Part shown: piece by piece, positions 53,286 to 62,743 of the stretch
Layout of the letters: every line of letters begins with the position of its first letter
Numbering within the stretch: the first letter of the stretch is position 1
Virus record (IMG/VR): IMGVR_UViG_3300037010_002253
Span: 1 to 64,000 of that record
Source of the DNA: a virus
Reading direction: 5' to 3' (one strand)
DNA length: 64,000 nucleotides
The notes under the pieces: model-generated
The model's input: only the letters and a program-made list of their open reading frames with translations
Databases searched by the model: none
Told to the model about the DNA's origin: nothing
Program-made: the position numbers and the translations under genes

Positions 53286-53906
53286 CTACCCGTTGATGAT
53301 GTTGAGGCTCGCGTCGATGGTCCGACCGTTCGCCCGCACGAACGGGCCGACCAGTTGTACCCCCGAGGGGCCGATCACGATAGCTCCGCCTTCCCTAGAC
53401 CCGATGATGATATCACGCCCTTTCTTTACCCAGATGGCCGTTTCCTTGACGCCTGGCCGCCCCTTGGGCGGGTTGATCGCGTCCACCGACGCGCCAGGTA
53501 CGTTCCCCGCGCCCGCGACCAGGCTGCCCCCAGGGGACGCCGCCTGGAGGTCCTGCGGAGAGAGTCGGTCGTGACGTCCGTCCTTCCTGGGGGCGACGGT
53601 GAAGCAGCCGGTCCAGATCGGATGGTCGACGTGGCCTGCCTCGAACTCGACCCACACCCCGATCTCCTCCCCCGCCTCCTTGGCCGTGGGAGGCACGCCG
53701 AAATCCATCGAGTTGATTCCGCCCATCCAAGGGAAGTTGGGCTCCGCCCACCCGAGCCAGCCGTCCTCGTGGTCGCTGTCGATCCCCATCACCTGCGGGC
53801 AGTACAGGCGAAGCCGCCCCCGTCCCTCGTCGTCGTTGTTGTCGCGAACGAAGCCCTTGTATTTCCCGTAGTACGTGGCCTGGTGGTCATTCTCTTCGTA
53901 AAGCAT
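53286..53906 (-). CDS. Baseplate spike (gp5/gpV OB-fold)
   Basis: YYGKYKGFVRDNNDDEGRGRLRL...WAEP...VWVEFEAGHVDHPIWTG. Confidence 0.88.
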   Translation of the reverse strand: MLYEENDHQATYYGKYKGFVRDNNDDEGRGRLRLYCPQVMGIDSDHEDGWLGWAEPNFPWMGGINSMDFGVPPTAKEAGEEIGVWVEFEAGHVDHPIWTGCFTVAPRKDGRHDRLSPQDLQAASPGGSLVAGAGNVPGASVDAINPPKGRPGVKETAIWVKKGRDIIIGSREGGAIVIGPSGVQLVGPFVRANGRTIDASLNIING

Positions 53907-53912
53907 AGTCCC

Positions 53913-55238
53913 TCACTTGATCTGGAACTTCGCAGGGAACGGCATAAACCCGCCGCCCGGTTCGATCGGAGGCTGCTTCGGAACGAAGACGGGTGACTCG
54001 CCGGGCTTGGCGAGGTCGAGGAAGTGCGTGCCCGCGTGCGGGTCATTTCCATCGCCGTTCTTGGGCTTGTCGTTCGTCTTGGCTTTGGTCTTCCCCTTGT
54101 CGAGGGCGTTCCTGGTGAGCTTCGCTGTCACGACGTACCCGGTCGTGTCGATGGCGTGCTTGGAGGACTTCACGCGCCACTCACCGGAGTACGTCTTCGA
54201 CACGTTCTCGAGCTTGATGATGGCCCTCGCCTTCACCTTCGGGCTCCCGATGACCTTGATGCTCGCCTCCACGCAGCTCATGTCGATCTTCTGGGTGACC
54301 GCGTCGGCGTGCTTCTGGATGATCGTAGTGTCCTTCTCCGGGGTCGGAGAAGTGAGCGCGCCTCCTTCGATGTAGAAGCCAAACTTCCCGAACGGGTTGT
54401 AGTGCTTGTCCGCAAAGAGGTCGTTCTTGGGGGCGACCCCAACCTGGCCATGCAGCACGTCCATGTTGGTAAAGAAGCGGCCCATCTTCCGCTCGGACTC
54501 CTTGTCGCCCTTCGCGTCCTTGCCCTTACCGTCCTTCGTGTCCGCGCCCGCCTTCTTGTTATTGTTGGGCTTCCCCATGCTCACCTCGGGGGTGAACTCG
54601 ATGAGAGTGCCGAGAGGGTCGTTGAAGTACGAGAACGTCAGGCTGGGCGCCGCGTCGAGACGCTTCTTGTGGAAGTGAAGCCGGTTCCCTTCGATGAAGC
54701 AGTCCCAGTTGAGGGGGGTGGCGAGCGAATAGAGGTACTGGATGTCGGAGACGCTCGCCGGCTGAACTCTCGCGGAGGACTCGCGGGCGTCGTTCGACTC
54801 CTCGATGTCCGCCTCTAGCGAGTACCTCTCCGCGATCTTCCTTGCGATGTCGCTCGAAGACACCTTCCCCCAATGCAGCGCGTGCGCCTCGCGGTTCATC
54901 GAGTACTGGATGTCCCAGGCCACCATCTCGATCGTAGGGACCTGGCCAGGCGCGGGGTACCTCGGCTTCGCCTTCGCGATGACAACGCCGTACACCGGGG
55001 ACAGGTCGTTGGCGTACCCCCACCGCACCCGGAACGTCACCCCCTGGATGAAGCGGGGGTCGTCCGTGTACTTCCCGCCCATGTTGTTGATGGTGAGCTT
55101 GATCTCGTTCGGCTTCTTCTCGTCGTCGTCGTACTCGAACTTGACGATGTCCTCGGCGATGTCTTCCGCCAGCTTCCCATCCGCCTCGACGAAGAACCGG
55201 GGGGCGTAGGTGTCGAGGTAGCTCGCGACGGTAGACAT
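53913..55238 (-). CDS. Baseplate hub (gp27/gpD-like)
   Basis: VRWGY; SDIARKIAERY; SDIQYL; IGSPKV...YSGEWRVKSSKH. Confidence 0.82.
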   Translation of the reverse strand: MSTVASYLDTYAPRFFVEADGKLAEDIAEDIVKFEYDDDEKKPNEIKLTINNMGGKYTDDPRFIQGVTFRVRWGYANDLSPVYGVVIAKAKPRYPAPGQVPTIEMVAWDIQYSMNREAHALHWGKVSSSDIARKIAERYSLEADIEESNDARESSARVQPASVSDIQYLYSLATPLNWDCFIEGNRLHFHKKRLDAAPSLTFSYFNDPLGTLIEFTPEVSMGKPNNNKKAGADTKDGKGKDAKGDKESERKMGRFFTNMDVLHGQVGVAPKNDLFADKHYNPFGKFGFYIEGGALTSPTPEKDTTIIQKHADAVTQKIDMSCVEASIKVIGSPKVKARAIIKLENVSKTYSGEWRVKSSKHAIDTTGYVVTAKLTRNALDKGKTKAKTNDKPKNGDGNDPHAGTHFLDLAKPGESPVFVPKQPPIEPGGGFMPFPAKFQIK

Positions 55239-55241
55239 GTC

Positions 55242-55574
55242 TCAGTAGTCCCCGGGCAGGATGTCGAAGAAGAACCGCGACTGGTTCGGGCAGCGGAGGG
55301 TGGTGTCCAGCTCGAGCTCCTCGAAGGGGTCCACCACGTCCGACAGATCCGCGATGACCCACCAGTAGCTCGCGCTCGTGAGGTACCGCAGTCCCAGCCG
55401 CCCCCACGTCTCGCCCCGCGAAGTGGTCCGGATGAAAACGTCGTTGCTTGCTGTCTCCGTGACCCGTGGACGCAGGTCGATGAACGGCGGCTGGGTCGCC
55501 CTACCGCGCGAGTCGATGGGAGCGATGACGTCGGTGAGACGGTACATGCTGTAGACGCCGAGGCTCATGTTCAC
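55242..55574 (-). CDS. LysM-like baseplate protein (gpX/gp53-like)
   Basis: GETWGRLGLRYLTSASYWWVIAD...DPF. Confidence 0.75.
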   Translation of the reverse strand: MNMSLGVYSMYRLTDVIAPIDSRGRATQPPFIDLRPRVTETASNDVFIRTTSRGETWGRLGLRYLTSASYWWVIADLSDVVDPFEELELDTTLRCPNQSRFFFDILPGDY

Positions 55575-56143
55575 CCCACGATGGCGGGCCCGAGGGCGGC
55601 CGGGGTCAGGAAGTCCGCGGGACCATCATCCACGAGGCCACCATCCTCGTCGGGGAAGATGTCGCGAGCCGTCTTCGATTTGTCAACGATCTCGGTCAGG
55701 TGCATCGAAATCTTCGCGATCTGGGGTTCGAGCTTGGGGGTCCACTGGATGACCTTGACGCCGGCCGTCCTGACGAGACATGGGACGCGCTGATACAGCT
55801 CACCGAAAGTGAACAGGACGAGATAGGGGAACACGGCCTGCATCCCCGCCTTGTGGTACTCGCCGGGGTACTCGAGGCTCTGGTAGAAATGGATCTCATT
55901 TGCGATGGAGAGGGTGCTGTGCCCTCTCGCCACCTTCCCGCGGTCCCCGTCCAAGTGCAGCTCGAACTTGATGTTCCGCTCCGACCCCGCGCCGAACTGC
56001 GCGACGGGGTGGGAGATGCCAGGTACCTCGTTCGACCCAGCCTTGATGCCCTTCGTGTCGTTGATCTCGTTCGGGTTGAACATGAAGGCACGAGTGATTC
56101 CACGCCCGACGATGGTCAGCCTGCCCCTGGTAATAGACGCCAT
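55571..56143 (-). CDS. Tube initiator (CIS tube/gpU-like)
   Basis: FMFNPNEI...PG...QF...LFTFG; directly after the tape measure gene. Confidence 0.75.
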   Translation of the reverse strand: MASITRGRLTIVGRGITRAFMFNPNEINDTKGIKAGSNEVPGISHPVAQFGAGSERNIKFELHLDGDRGKVARGHSTLSIANEIHFYQSLEYPGEYHKAGMQAVFPYLVLFTFGELYQRVPCLVRTAGVKVIQWTPKLEPQIAKISMHLTEIVDKSKTARDIFPDEDGGLVDDGPADFLTPAALGPAIVG

Positions 56144-56146
56144 GAC

Positions 56147-58732
56147 TTAGAACCTCCCCGGCATCATCGCGCGCGCGGACGGCTTGATCTCCAGGATCTT
56201 CGTGGCGACCGTCTCCCCATCGATGTCTAGGTGGACAATCGTGGGGGCCTGGCTGACCTGAGGCCCTCCGCTGACGTCCGGGTTGTTGAGGCGTGCCTCC
56301 GCCGCAGCCGCAGCCGCTTCCATCGCTCGCCGCTTCACCAGCTCGGGGTCCTCCTGGTACTCCCCGCCAGTGGCCGCGGACGTACCCGCAGGCGCCTCCA
56401 GTGGGGTGGGGATGACCGGACCGTAGTTGTGCTTCTCGACGCGAGGACCGGCCTTAGCGGTGTCGCCCCACATGTCGTCCTTGAACCCCCCGCCAATCCA
56501 AGAGTTGTCGACTACTTCTGGGGGTGCGTACCGCCCCTGGCTGGTCTTGTAAGCGTGCTCGATTGTCCTCCCCGCGCCGACGATCGTGTCGTGCCACGCC
56601 TTCTTCTGGGCCTCGAGGCCCTCCGTGTTCCAGAGGTCCTTTGCTGCCGTGTCTCCACTGTCCGCAATGCCCCGCAGGGACAGCGACCTCGCCCTGTCAT
56701 CGTCCACCGCCTTGCGGTGCTCGCCCATCTCGTACCTGACGCGGTCGCCGAAGGACATGTCACCCCAGAAACGTCCGTTCGACACGCGCTCGTCGTCTGC
56801 GTGAACCTGGCGCCCCGTGAGGATCCCGAGCAGCTTCAACGCCGTGTCGAGGGACGACACCATGAAGTGAATCATGCTATAGACGTTGTTGACGATCAGC
56901 CCAACAGAGGCAAACGCCGCTCCTACCTGGACCACGATCGCGAGGAGCTTGGACGTGGCGATGATCGTGGTGAAGATCGCGTCCGTGATGCCGGCGATAG
57001 TCTCGGCAGTCGCCTCGCCGCTCTCCGCGATCTCTCCGATCTTGTCCACGAAGCGGATCGCCCGGCTCACGGCGCCCTCGAGTGCCCACGCCATCGCGTA
57101 CCCGAATCGCTCCGCGCCCCCAGCAATCTCGTTGATGGCTTCTCCTCCTCCCTCGAAGATGTTGAAAACTGCCGTAAGCAACGCCCACAGCTTCTCCATC
57201 GCCCGCAGAAGGGAGTCCTTGAGGGGCTGTGTCACCTGGTCCAGGCCGTGCGTGAACCCGTGCCAGAACTGATCGAACATGATCTTGGCGTCGCGGATGA
57301 CGCCGATGATCTGGTAGAAGATTGGGAGAAGACCCTTGCTTTCGAGCTTGTCGTACGTCTCGTCACTCACACCGGCGGCGTAGTTGTTCCAGTTCTTGAG
57401 GGTCTCGTAGACGGCGGAGACGACAATCTGCACGTTCTCCCACGACCCGATGGAGTCGCTCACCCCGGTCGAGAACATCGACCACAGGCTGTACCCGATC
57501 ATGATCGCCGCCCCGAGGCCGGCGAACGCCGCTGTCAACGCGCCAACGGTGAGGACCGCGCCGAAGATCGCCATCGGGAGACCGACCATCATCACCCCGA
57601 CCACCGCGAGCAGCGCCGTCATGGCAGCGCCGACCACCGCGACCGCCAGGACACCGAATGCAACGGCGAGGACGCCCAGGTACGCTGCCACCTTCGGGAG
57701 CCAGGGGAACGCCTCCACGAGATTCGCAAGGAACTCGGATATCTTGGTCCCTGCCTTCACCCCGACCACGGCGATGTCGGTGAAGACCTTGAACCCGTCC
57801 GAGAGGCCCTTGATGACCGTGGCGGACTGCGGGATCTGGGAAGTGACGCCGACGAACTCCTTGAGGGCGATGGTGACATCGCGCAGGCCGTCCTTCGCCG
57901 CACCGCCCTTCAACTGCTGAACCATGTCCGGGATCTGTGCGTAGACCTTGTTGAAGTTCAGGTCCTTGAGCTGCCCCGCCCCACCGAAAAGTAGCGCGCT
58001 CTCCTTGAGGATGATGTTGTACTTCTCTTGCGCCGTCTTCGCCCCGTTGACGGCCTTCTTGATCCTGTCGAGCACCGCCGGGGTCTGGTCGATGGCGTCC
58101 TTGAATACCATCCACTGTCCGCCGACAGCGTTCTTGATGCCCAGGCTCATGTGGTTGACGTCGCGCCCCGTCGCGTCCGCCATGTCCTGCAAGACCTCAA
58201 GCGCGCGGATCTTCTTCCCAGTCTTCGCCATGAAAAGCTGGTCTTCCGCGTTCTCTCCTCCGAACGGGTTGACGCCCATGCGCCCCATCGAGTTCGTGAG
58301 CTGCGCCGTCTCCTGGAGGGTGAAGGTCAGGTTGAGGGCGTCCTTCTTTACTTCCTTGTAGACGTCCTGCCACTTGCTCTTGAACGCGAACTGAAGGCCG
58401 GACTCGATGTCCTCGAAGGTGGCGGCCTCCTTTGTGAAGTCCTTGAACGCGCCGACGAGCCCATCCTTTAGGTCCCCCGCCATCGCGGAGAGACGCCCCA
58501 AGGACTGCTCGGCAGACGAGAGACCTGTGTGGAGGTTCCCGAGGTTGATGCCCTCGACGATGTTCTTGAGCTGTTCCGCGGCCGTGGAGGTCTTCTCCAT
58601 CTCCGCGGACGCTCCACCCGCGCCGCCCTTCGCCGCGGCAGCCGCAATCGCCTCGAAGCCGGCCTGGATCTGCTTGAGCTGACCCTGGCCGGCTCCTTCG
58701 ATGCTGAAACCAACGACGAACTTCTCATCCAT
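56147..58732 (-). CDS. Tape measure protein
   Basis: 861 aa, helical, central hydrophobic segments, follows the chaperone. Confidence 0.85.
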   Translation of the reverse strand: MDEKFVVGFSIEGAGQGQLKQIQAGFEAIAAAAAKGGAGGASAEMEKTSTAAEQLKNIVEGINLGNLHTGLSSAEQSLGRLSAMAGDLKDGLVGAFKDFTKEAATFEDIESGLQFAFKSKWQDVYKEVKKDALNLTFTLQETAQLTNSMGRMGVNPFGGENAEDQLFMAKTGKKIRALEVLQDMADATGRDVNHMSLGIKNAVGGQWMVFKDAIDQTPAVLDRIKKAVNGAKTAQEKYNIILKESALLFGGAGQLKDLNFNKVYAQIPDMVQQLKGGAAKDGLRDVTIALKEFVGVTSQIPQSATVIKGLSDGFKVFTDIAVVGVKAGTKISEFLANLVEAFPWLPKVAAYLGVLAVAFGVLAVAVVGAAMTALLAVVGVMMVGLPMAIFGAVLTVGALTAAFAGLGAAIMIGYSLWSMFSTGVSDSIGSWENVQIVVSAVYETLKNWNNYAAGVSDETYDKLESKGLLPIFYQIIGVIRDAKIMFDQFWHGFTHGLDQVTQPLKDSLLRAMEKLWALLTAVFNIFEGGGEAINEIAGGAERFGYAMAWALEGAVSRAIRFVDKIGEIAESGEATAETIAGITDAIFTTIIATSKLLAIVVQVGAAFASVGLIVNNVYSMIHFMVSSLDTALKLLGILTGRQVHADDERVSNGRFWGDMSFGDRVRYEMGEHRKAVDDDRARSLSLRGIADSGDTAAKDLWNTEGLEAQKKAWHDTIVGAGRTIEHAYKTSQGRYAPPEVVDNSWIGGGFKDDMWGDTAKAGPRVEKHNYGPVIPTPLEAPAGTSAATGGEYQEDPELVKRRAMEAAAAAAEARLNNPDVSGGPQVSQAPTIVHLDIDGETVATKILEIKPSARAMMPGRF

Positions 58733-58738
58733 GGCGGC

Positions 58739-58993
58739 TCACTCCTCGGGGAATGGTACTGCGCCCCTCCCCCAGATGTAAGCGATGTCGTCCAGGGAGA
58801 AGCTAATAGAACTGTCGTCCTTGCTGCGCGCCCTCGCCGCTTGCAGTTCGGCGAGCCTTCCCTTGTACCTGACCGCCCGGAGTCTCCTCCCACACGGCAT
58901 CCGACTGACCTCGGAGGACCCCCACCCCCAGCATTCCGCCAGGTAGAAGAGGTCCCCTTCGAGACTCAGTGGGCTGCCGAGGGGAAGAAAAAA
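58739..58993 (-). CDS. -1 frameshift extension of the tail assembly chaperone
   Basis: Slippery T TTT TTC at 58993-58987; the -1 frame reads LPLGSPLSLEGDLFYLAECWGWGSSEVSRMP... to TGA 58739, 6 nt before the tape measure ATG. Confidence 0.8.
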   Translation of the reverse strand, partial: FFLPLGSPLSLEGDLFYLAECWGWGSSEVSRMPCGRRLRAVRYKGRLAELQAARARSKDDSSISFSLDDIAYIWGRGAVPFPEE

Positions 58994-59763
58994 CCACTGC
59001 TACCCACGTTCACGCGCGACGCGAACTGGCGCCCGCACGAGGGGTTGTCGCATGTGATGGGGCTCACGAGCGTGTCGATTCCGCCCTCGACCTCTTGGTA
59101 CGCCGCCGCGATGGCACGGCGGTCCTTCGTGGTCAGCCTGGCTAGGGACTGGACGGTCCGGGGTTCCCCGTCCAGGGAGACGACGCGGAGCTGCTGGAGG
59201 GCCGTCACGAGGTCCGCCTTCCGCTCTTCCATCACCTCTTCGAGCATGTCCTCGTCCACGCCGCGGAGCATCTTCCACACGCAGACCTTCCCGCTCGGGA
59301 GGGTAAGCGTGTGGGTCTCCTTCGAGACCAGCTCGACCGGCTTGCTCGTGACCTCGAGCGTACTCAGGTCGACGCTGACGCCCTCCACCTCCCGCGAGCA
59401 CGTCGGGCACACCGCCGTGAAGGTGTAGTCCGACCCGAGGGACATCTCGCGGAGGCGGATGACCGCGAACCCTCGGTCGTTCACGTACGCCTGCTTCCAC
59501 GACTGGAGAAAATGGTTCGGTGCCGAGAACCGATCCTTCCCATCCGGCCGTGTCGCAGTCCCGATCCGGACGGTGCAGCGCGAGAGGATCTCGCTCATCC
59601 GCATCGGTCCGGTCTTGAGCATCTTCCCCTTCCCGCCTGGGGCGGTGCGACGATCGGCGAGGATGTCTTCGTCCTCGCCGATCATCTCCTCCAGCTCGAT
59701 TTCCTTCGTCCACGTCCCATCGGGCTGCTGAATCGCGTTCGGAAGCTGGTGTACGGTCGTCAT
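58966..59763 (-). CDS. Tail assembly chaperone (T4 gp26-like Cys motifs)
   Basis: EDIL...DR...LREMSLGSDY...CPTC...C...CG; between tube and tape measure genes. Confidence 0.75.
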   Translation of the reverse strand: MTTVHQLPNAIQQPDGTWTKEIELEEMIGEDEDILADRRTAPGGKGKMLKTGPMRMSEILSRCTVRIGTATRPDGKDRFSAPNHFLQSWKQAYVNDRGFAVIRLREMSLGSDYTFTAVCPTCSREVEGVSVDLSTLEVTSKPVELVSKETHTLTLPSGKVCVWKMLRGVDEDMLEEVMEERKADLVTALQQLRVVSLDGEPRTVQSLARLTTKDRRAIAAAYQEVEGGIDTLVSPITCDNPSCGRQFASRVNVGSSGFFFPSAAH

Positions 59764-59803
59764 GGAAGTCGTGTCCTTTGCTTGTTAGATACGGGTGGTG
59801 CGG

Positions 59804-60274
59804 TCAGCCCTTGATCTTCTCGAAGCCCTCGTGGGAGAGGACGATCTCCTCGTACGAATCGGCCGACGAGTCACCCTTGAGGTCGCTCATGGGCTTGAAC
59901 TTCTTCGGCCACGCATCCGAGATGCGCCAGGTGCAGGCCACGGTGTTGAGGAAGTTGAGCTGCTGGATCTCGATGTCCTTCCGGTACTTGACGGCGTTGC
60001 CCTTCTGGATCGAGTGGACCTGCTCCACCCAGTTGATCATGTCGTCGCCACCGAGGCCGGGGAAAACCTGGCCACGCTTGAGGGTGATGTCGCCGAAGTG
60101 GGAGAGGCCGGCGGACTTCCGCTCGGTCTCGTTCATGCCGCCTTCGCGGTACTTGACCTCGTCGGTGTCCTTCTCGAGGCCCGTGACCTCGGAGAAGCCG
60201 GCGCGCTGGAAGCCGTCGATGACGACCTTGAAACGGAACGCCTTGAGGGGGTCCATCAGGGTGGGACGTGCCAT
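59804..60274 (-). CDS. Tail tube protein (T4 gp19-like)
   Basis: DPLKAFRFKVVIDG...GFSEVTGL...YREGG...ITLKRG...AWPKK. Confidence 0.93.
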   Translation of the reverse strand: MARPTLMDPLKAFRFKVVIDGFQRAGFSEVTGLEKDTDEVKYREGGMNETERKSAGLSHFGDITLKRGQVFPGLGGDDMINWVEQVHSIQKGNAVKYRKDIEIQQLNFLNTVACTWRISDAWPKKFKPMSDLKGDSSADSYEEIVLSHEGFEKIKG

Positions 60275-60313
60275 GGGAATCTATCTCCTTTCCTTGTAGC
60301 TACCGACCCACGG

Positions 60314-62704
60314 TCAGGTCGTCGAGGCGAGCGCCGCGTCGAGGGCGCGCGTGTCCGTCTCCAGGGAGTACTCTTGGAACTCGGCGGGCTTGGAGTCCGC
60401 GAGACCGATGCGGCAGACGAACCGACCCGCGTTCGTCACGAAGGGGCCGTTGTTCGTCTCGTCGCAGACGATGAAGAAGGCTTCATCGTCCACTGCGCCC
60501 GAGAGGATGGGTGGCTCCGCCTGGCGCCACTCGCGGAAGACCGCCGTCAGGTTGCGCACGACCGTCCCGCGCGTCGTCGGGTTGTTGCCCTTGAACGCCA
60601 CATCGCGCGACAGCTCGCGGATCTTCCGCTTCGCGGCATTGAAGATCGTCCGCTTCGTGCGGAGGCGGTACTCGCCGACCGGGTCGAGGGTGACGCACCC
60701 CCAAACCGCAATCCCCTCGCCAGGCGTGTTGAGGATGAAGTTGACGCCGTGCTTGTAGACGACGTCGTACTCCTCCTGCGTGAACTCGTACTGGAGGCCG
60801 AGCCATCCGTTGATCTTCCCCTCCGTCTTGCCGGCCGCCGCTGCTCCGATGTTGAGGTTGTTGTGCGTGCGCGCCGTTACGCCCTGGACCACGCCGCACG
60901 GGGGAACGAGCTTGAGTCCGCCCGTCACCTTGTCCCGCTTGTACCCGTGAGGCGCGAAGAGGGACCCGTGGGACGTCGCGATGTTGGCCGTCTCCGTGAC
61001 CCAGGTCTTGAGCGCGGCCTCGTCCATCGAGGGAGGGGCGTCGTAGATCATCTCGACGTCCTGGTCCCGACGGTCCTCGCCGTACAGCTCCATCCCCTTG
61101 ACGATGTCGACGTCCAGGTAGCAGCCCGGGATCGAGATCATGTTGACGTCCGCGGCCTTGTTGAACGTCCAGAGGCCGGTCTTCGACGCCTTGTCGCCGA
61201 CGTAGTCCGCCGCGACCGGCTCCGCGCCATCCGACCCGCCCGCGAGGTACGTGGCGGCCGTGGTGAGGGGACGCGGGTCCAGAGCGGCGCTGGACGCCAC
61301 CGTGACGGTGATGGGGCAGCGGCTCGTGTTGTTGACCCGGTTCGCGACGTACAGCTCGCCCGCGAGGCTCGACATCCGGAGGTCCGCGAAGGTCCCGCTC
61401 GGGACGAGCGCCCCGTCCTTGTCGTACGTGGTGAGCGAGAACGTTTCGCTAGTGACGTCGGTCGTCGTGTCCCAGCCCAGGCCCATCAGCGGGACCGTGA
61501 CCGAAGCGACGAAGGTGACGAGGTTTCCGTCGATCTGCTTCACGACCCCGCGCACGGTACCGTTGTTGAACGAGAGGGTGTCGCCGACGCGGATGCGGCT
61601 CACCGACGCGACCGTGATGGCCAGCAGGACCGTTCCCGCCGCGTAGGACAAAGCGAGCTTCGTCACCTTCGTGTCCACGCGCGTCGCAGCCACCTGGTAC
61701 TTGTTCGCCCACGCGCCGGGACTGGACGCCGTGACGGTGAGCGTCAGGACCGGGGTCGACCCGAGGCCGTAGTGAACATCCGTGTCCGCGCCGATCTTCG
61801 CGACGATGGAACCCGAAGCGAACTGGACGCTTCCGAGGGTGCCCGAGGTCGCCGTGGTGACCCGAACCTTGGTTGCGCTGACGGTCACGTTCGCCGACAG
61901 GCCGACCGACGTCGCGAGGAGGGAGCCGAGCTCCGCCCAGGTGACCTTCGAGGCGTCCGCCACATTCGAGAACCCGCCCGAGGAGAACGCCACGACGGAG
62001 AGGCCGAGGGTCGTGAGGACCTTGGCGGAACCAGACACGACCTCGCCCGACGACGAGGAACCGGCGACGTCGCACAGGATCTTGAGCTTGCCCGTCCCGT
62101 CGTCGAACGCGCGCGCGCCGGTGAGCTGGCTGTTGATCGTCGCGAGGAACGCCAGCTCCGAGTTGTCGACGTTGTTGAAGACGATGGTCTGTTGCACACC
62201 CTGGATGTCGAGGACGAGCGTGTCGCCATCGTCCACGGGGGTCGTCCACGCAGCGGCGCCACCGACGACGTACGCGCGCTTGGCGTGGATCACCACGGCC
62301 GCCTTCGTGCTGCCGTCGATCTTCGGGATGATGTTGTCGCCATCCGCGAGGGCCACGGTCGCCGTCGAAAGACCCGACTCCGCGTAGCCGCTCGTCGCGC
62401 CATCGACGGTGGACTTGAGGGCGAGCGACGACGCGAGATACCCCGCCCCGAGGACGCGCGACAGGTAGCAAGCCCCGCCGCCGTTGTTCCAGAAGTCCTC
62501 GAGCACGTCCTCCATCGGGGAGTCGCCGATCGGCGTGTCACCGAACAGCTCCTTCTTGTCCTCGGGGGACGTGACCAGGGTCGCCGTGAGCGGCCCCTTC
62601 TCCAGGCGCCCGCGGAACCCACCGATGGTGGTGGTGTTGCCGTTCAGGGTGTAGGCGCTCTTCCGCTTCTCCGTGATGGTGGTGTCAGGGCTCTGTCCGG
62701 ACAT
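60314..62704 (-). CDS. Contractile tail sheath protein
   Basis: FWNNGGGACYLSRV; SPGAWAN; LAGGSDG; VPPCG; FFIVCDETNN; KPAEF. Confidence 0.95.
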   Translation of the reverse strand: MSGQSPDTTITEKRKSAYTLNGNTTTIGGFRGRLEKGPLTATLVTSPEDKKELFGDTPIGDSPMEDVLEDFWNNGGGACYLSRVLGAGYLASSLALKSTVDGATSGYAESGLSTATVALADGDNIIPKIDGSTKAAVVIHAKRAYVVGGAAAWTTPVDDGDTLVLDIQGVQQTIVFNNVDNSELAFLATINSQLTGARAFDDGTGKLKILCDVAGSSSSGEVVSGSAKVLTTLGLSVVAFSSGGFSNVADASKVTWAELGSLLATSVGLSANVTVSATKVRVTTATSGTLGSVQFASGSIVAKIGADTDVHYGLGSTPVLTLTVTASSPGAWANKYQVAATRVDTKVTKLALSYAAGTVLLAITVASVSRIRVGDTLSFNNGTVRGVVKQIDGNLVTFVASVTVPLMGLGWDTTTDVTSETFSLTTYDKDGALVPSGTFADLRMSSLAGELYVANRVNNTSRCPITVTVASSAALDPRPLTTAATYLAGGSDGAEPVAADYVGDKASKTGLWTFNKAADVNMISIPGCYLDVDIVKGMELYGEDRRDQDVEMIYDAPPSMDEAALKTWVTETANIATSHGSLFAPHGYKRDKVTGGLKLVPPCGVVQGVTARTHNNLNIGAAAAGKTEGKINGWLGLQYEFTQEEYDVVYKHGVNFILNTPGEGIAVWGCVTLDPVGEYRLRTKRTIFNAAKRKIRELSRDVAFKGNNPTTRGTVVRNLTAVFREWRQAEPPILSGAVDDEAFFIVCDETNNGPFVTNAGRFVCRIGLADSKPAEFQEYSLETDTRALDAALASTT

Positions 62705-62743
62705 CTTGGTCTCCTTGCTTCCTCTTGGAAGTGAATAACTTCG

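Noticed and set aside
59795-62734. Very long plus-strand ORFs (also 45614-48142, 49982-51937, 7444-8997, 41329-42837, 56231-57994)
   Set aside because: Antisense shadows of high-GC minus-strand genes: Arg/Leu/Val-rich, with no motifs or RBS.
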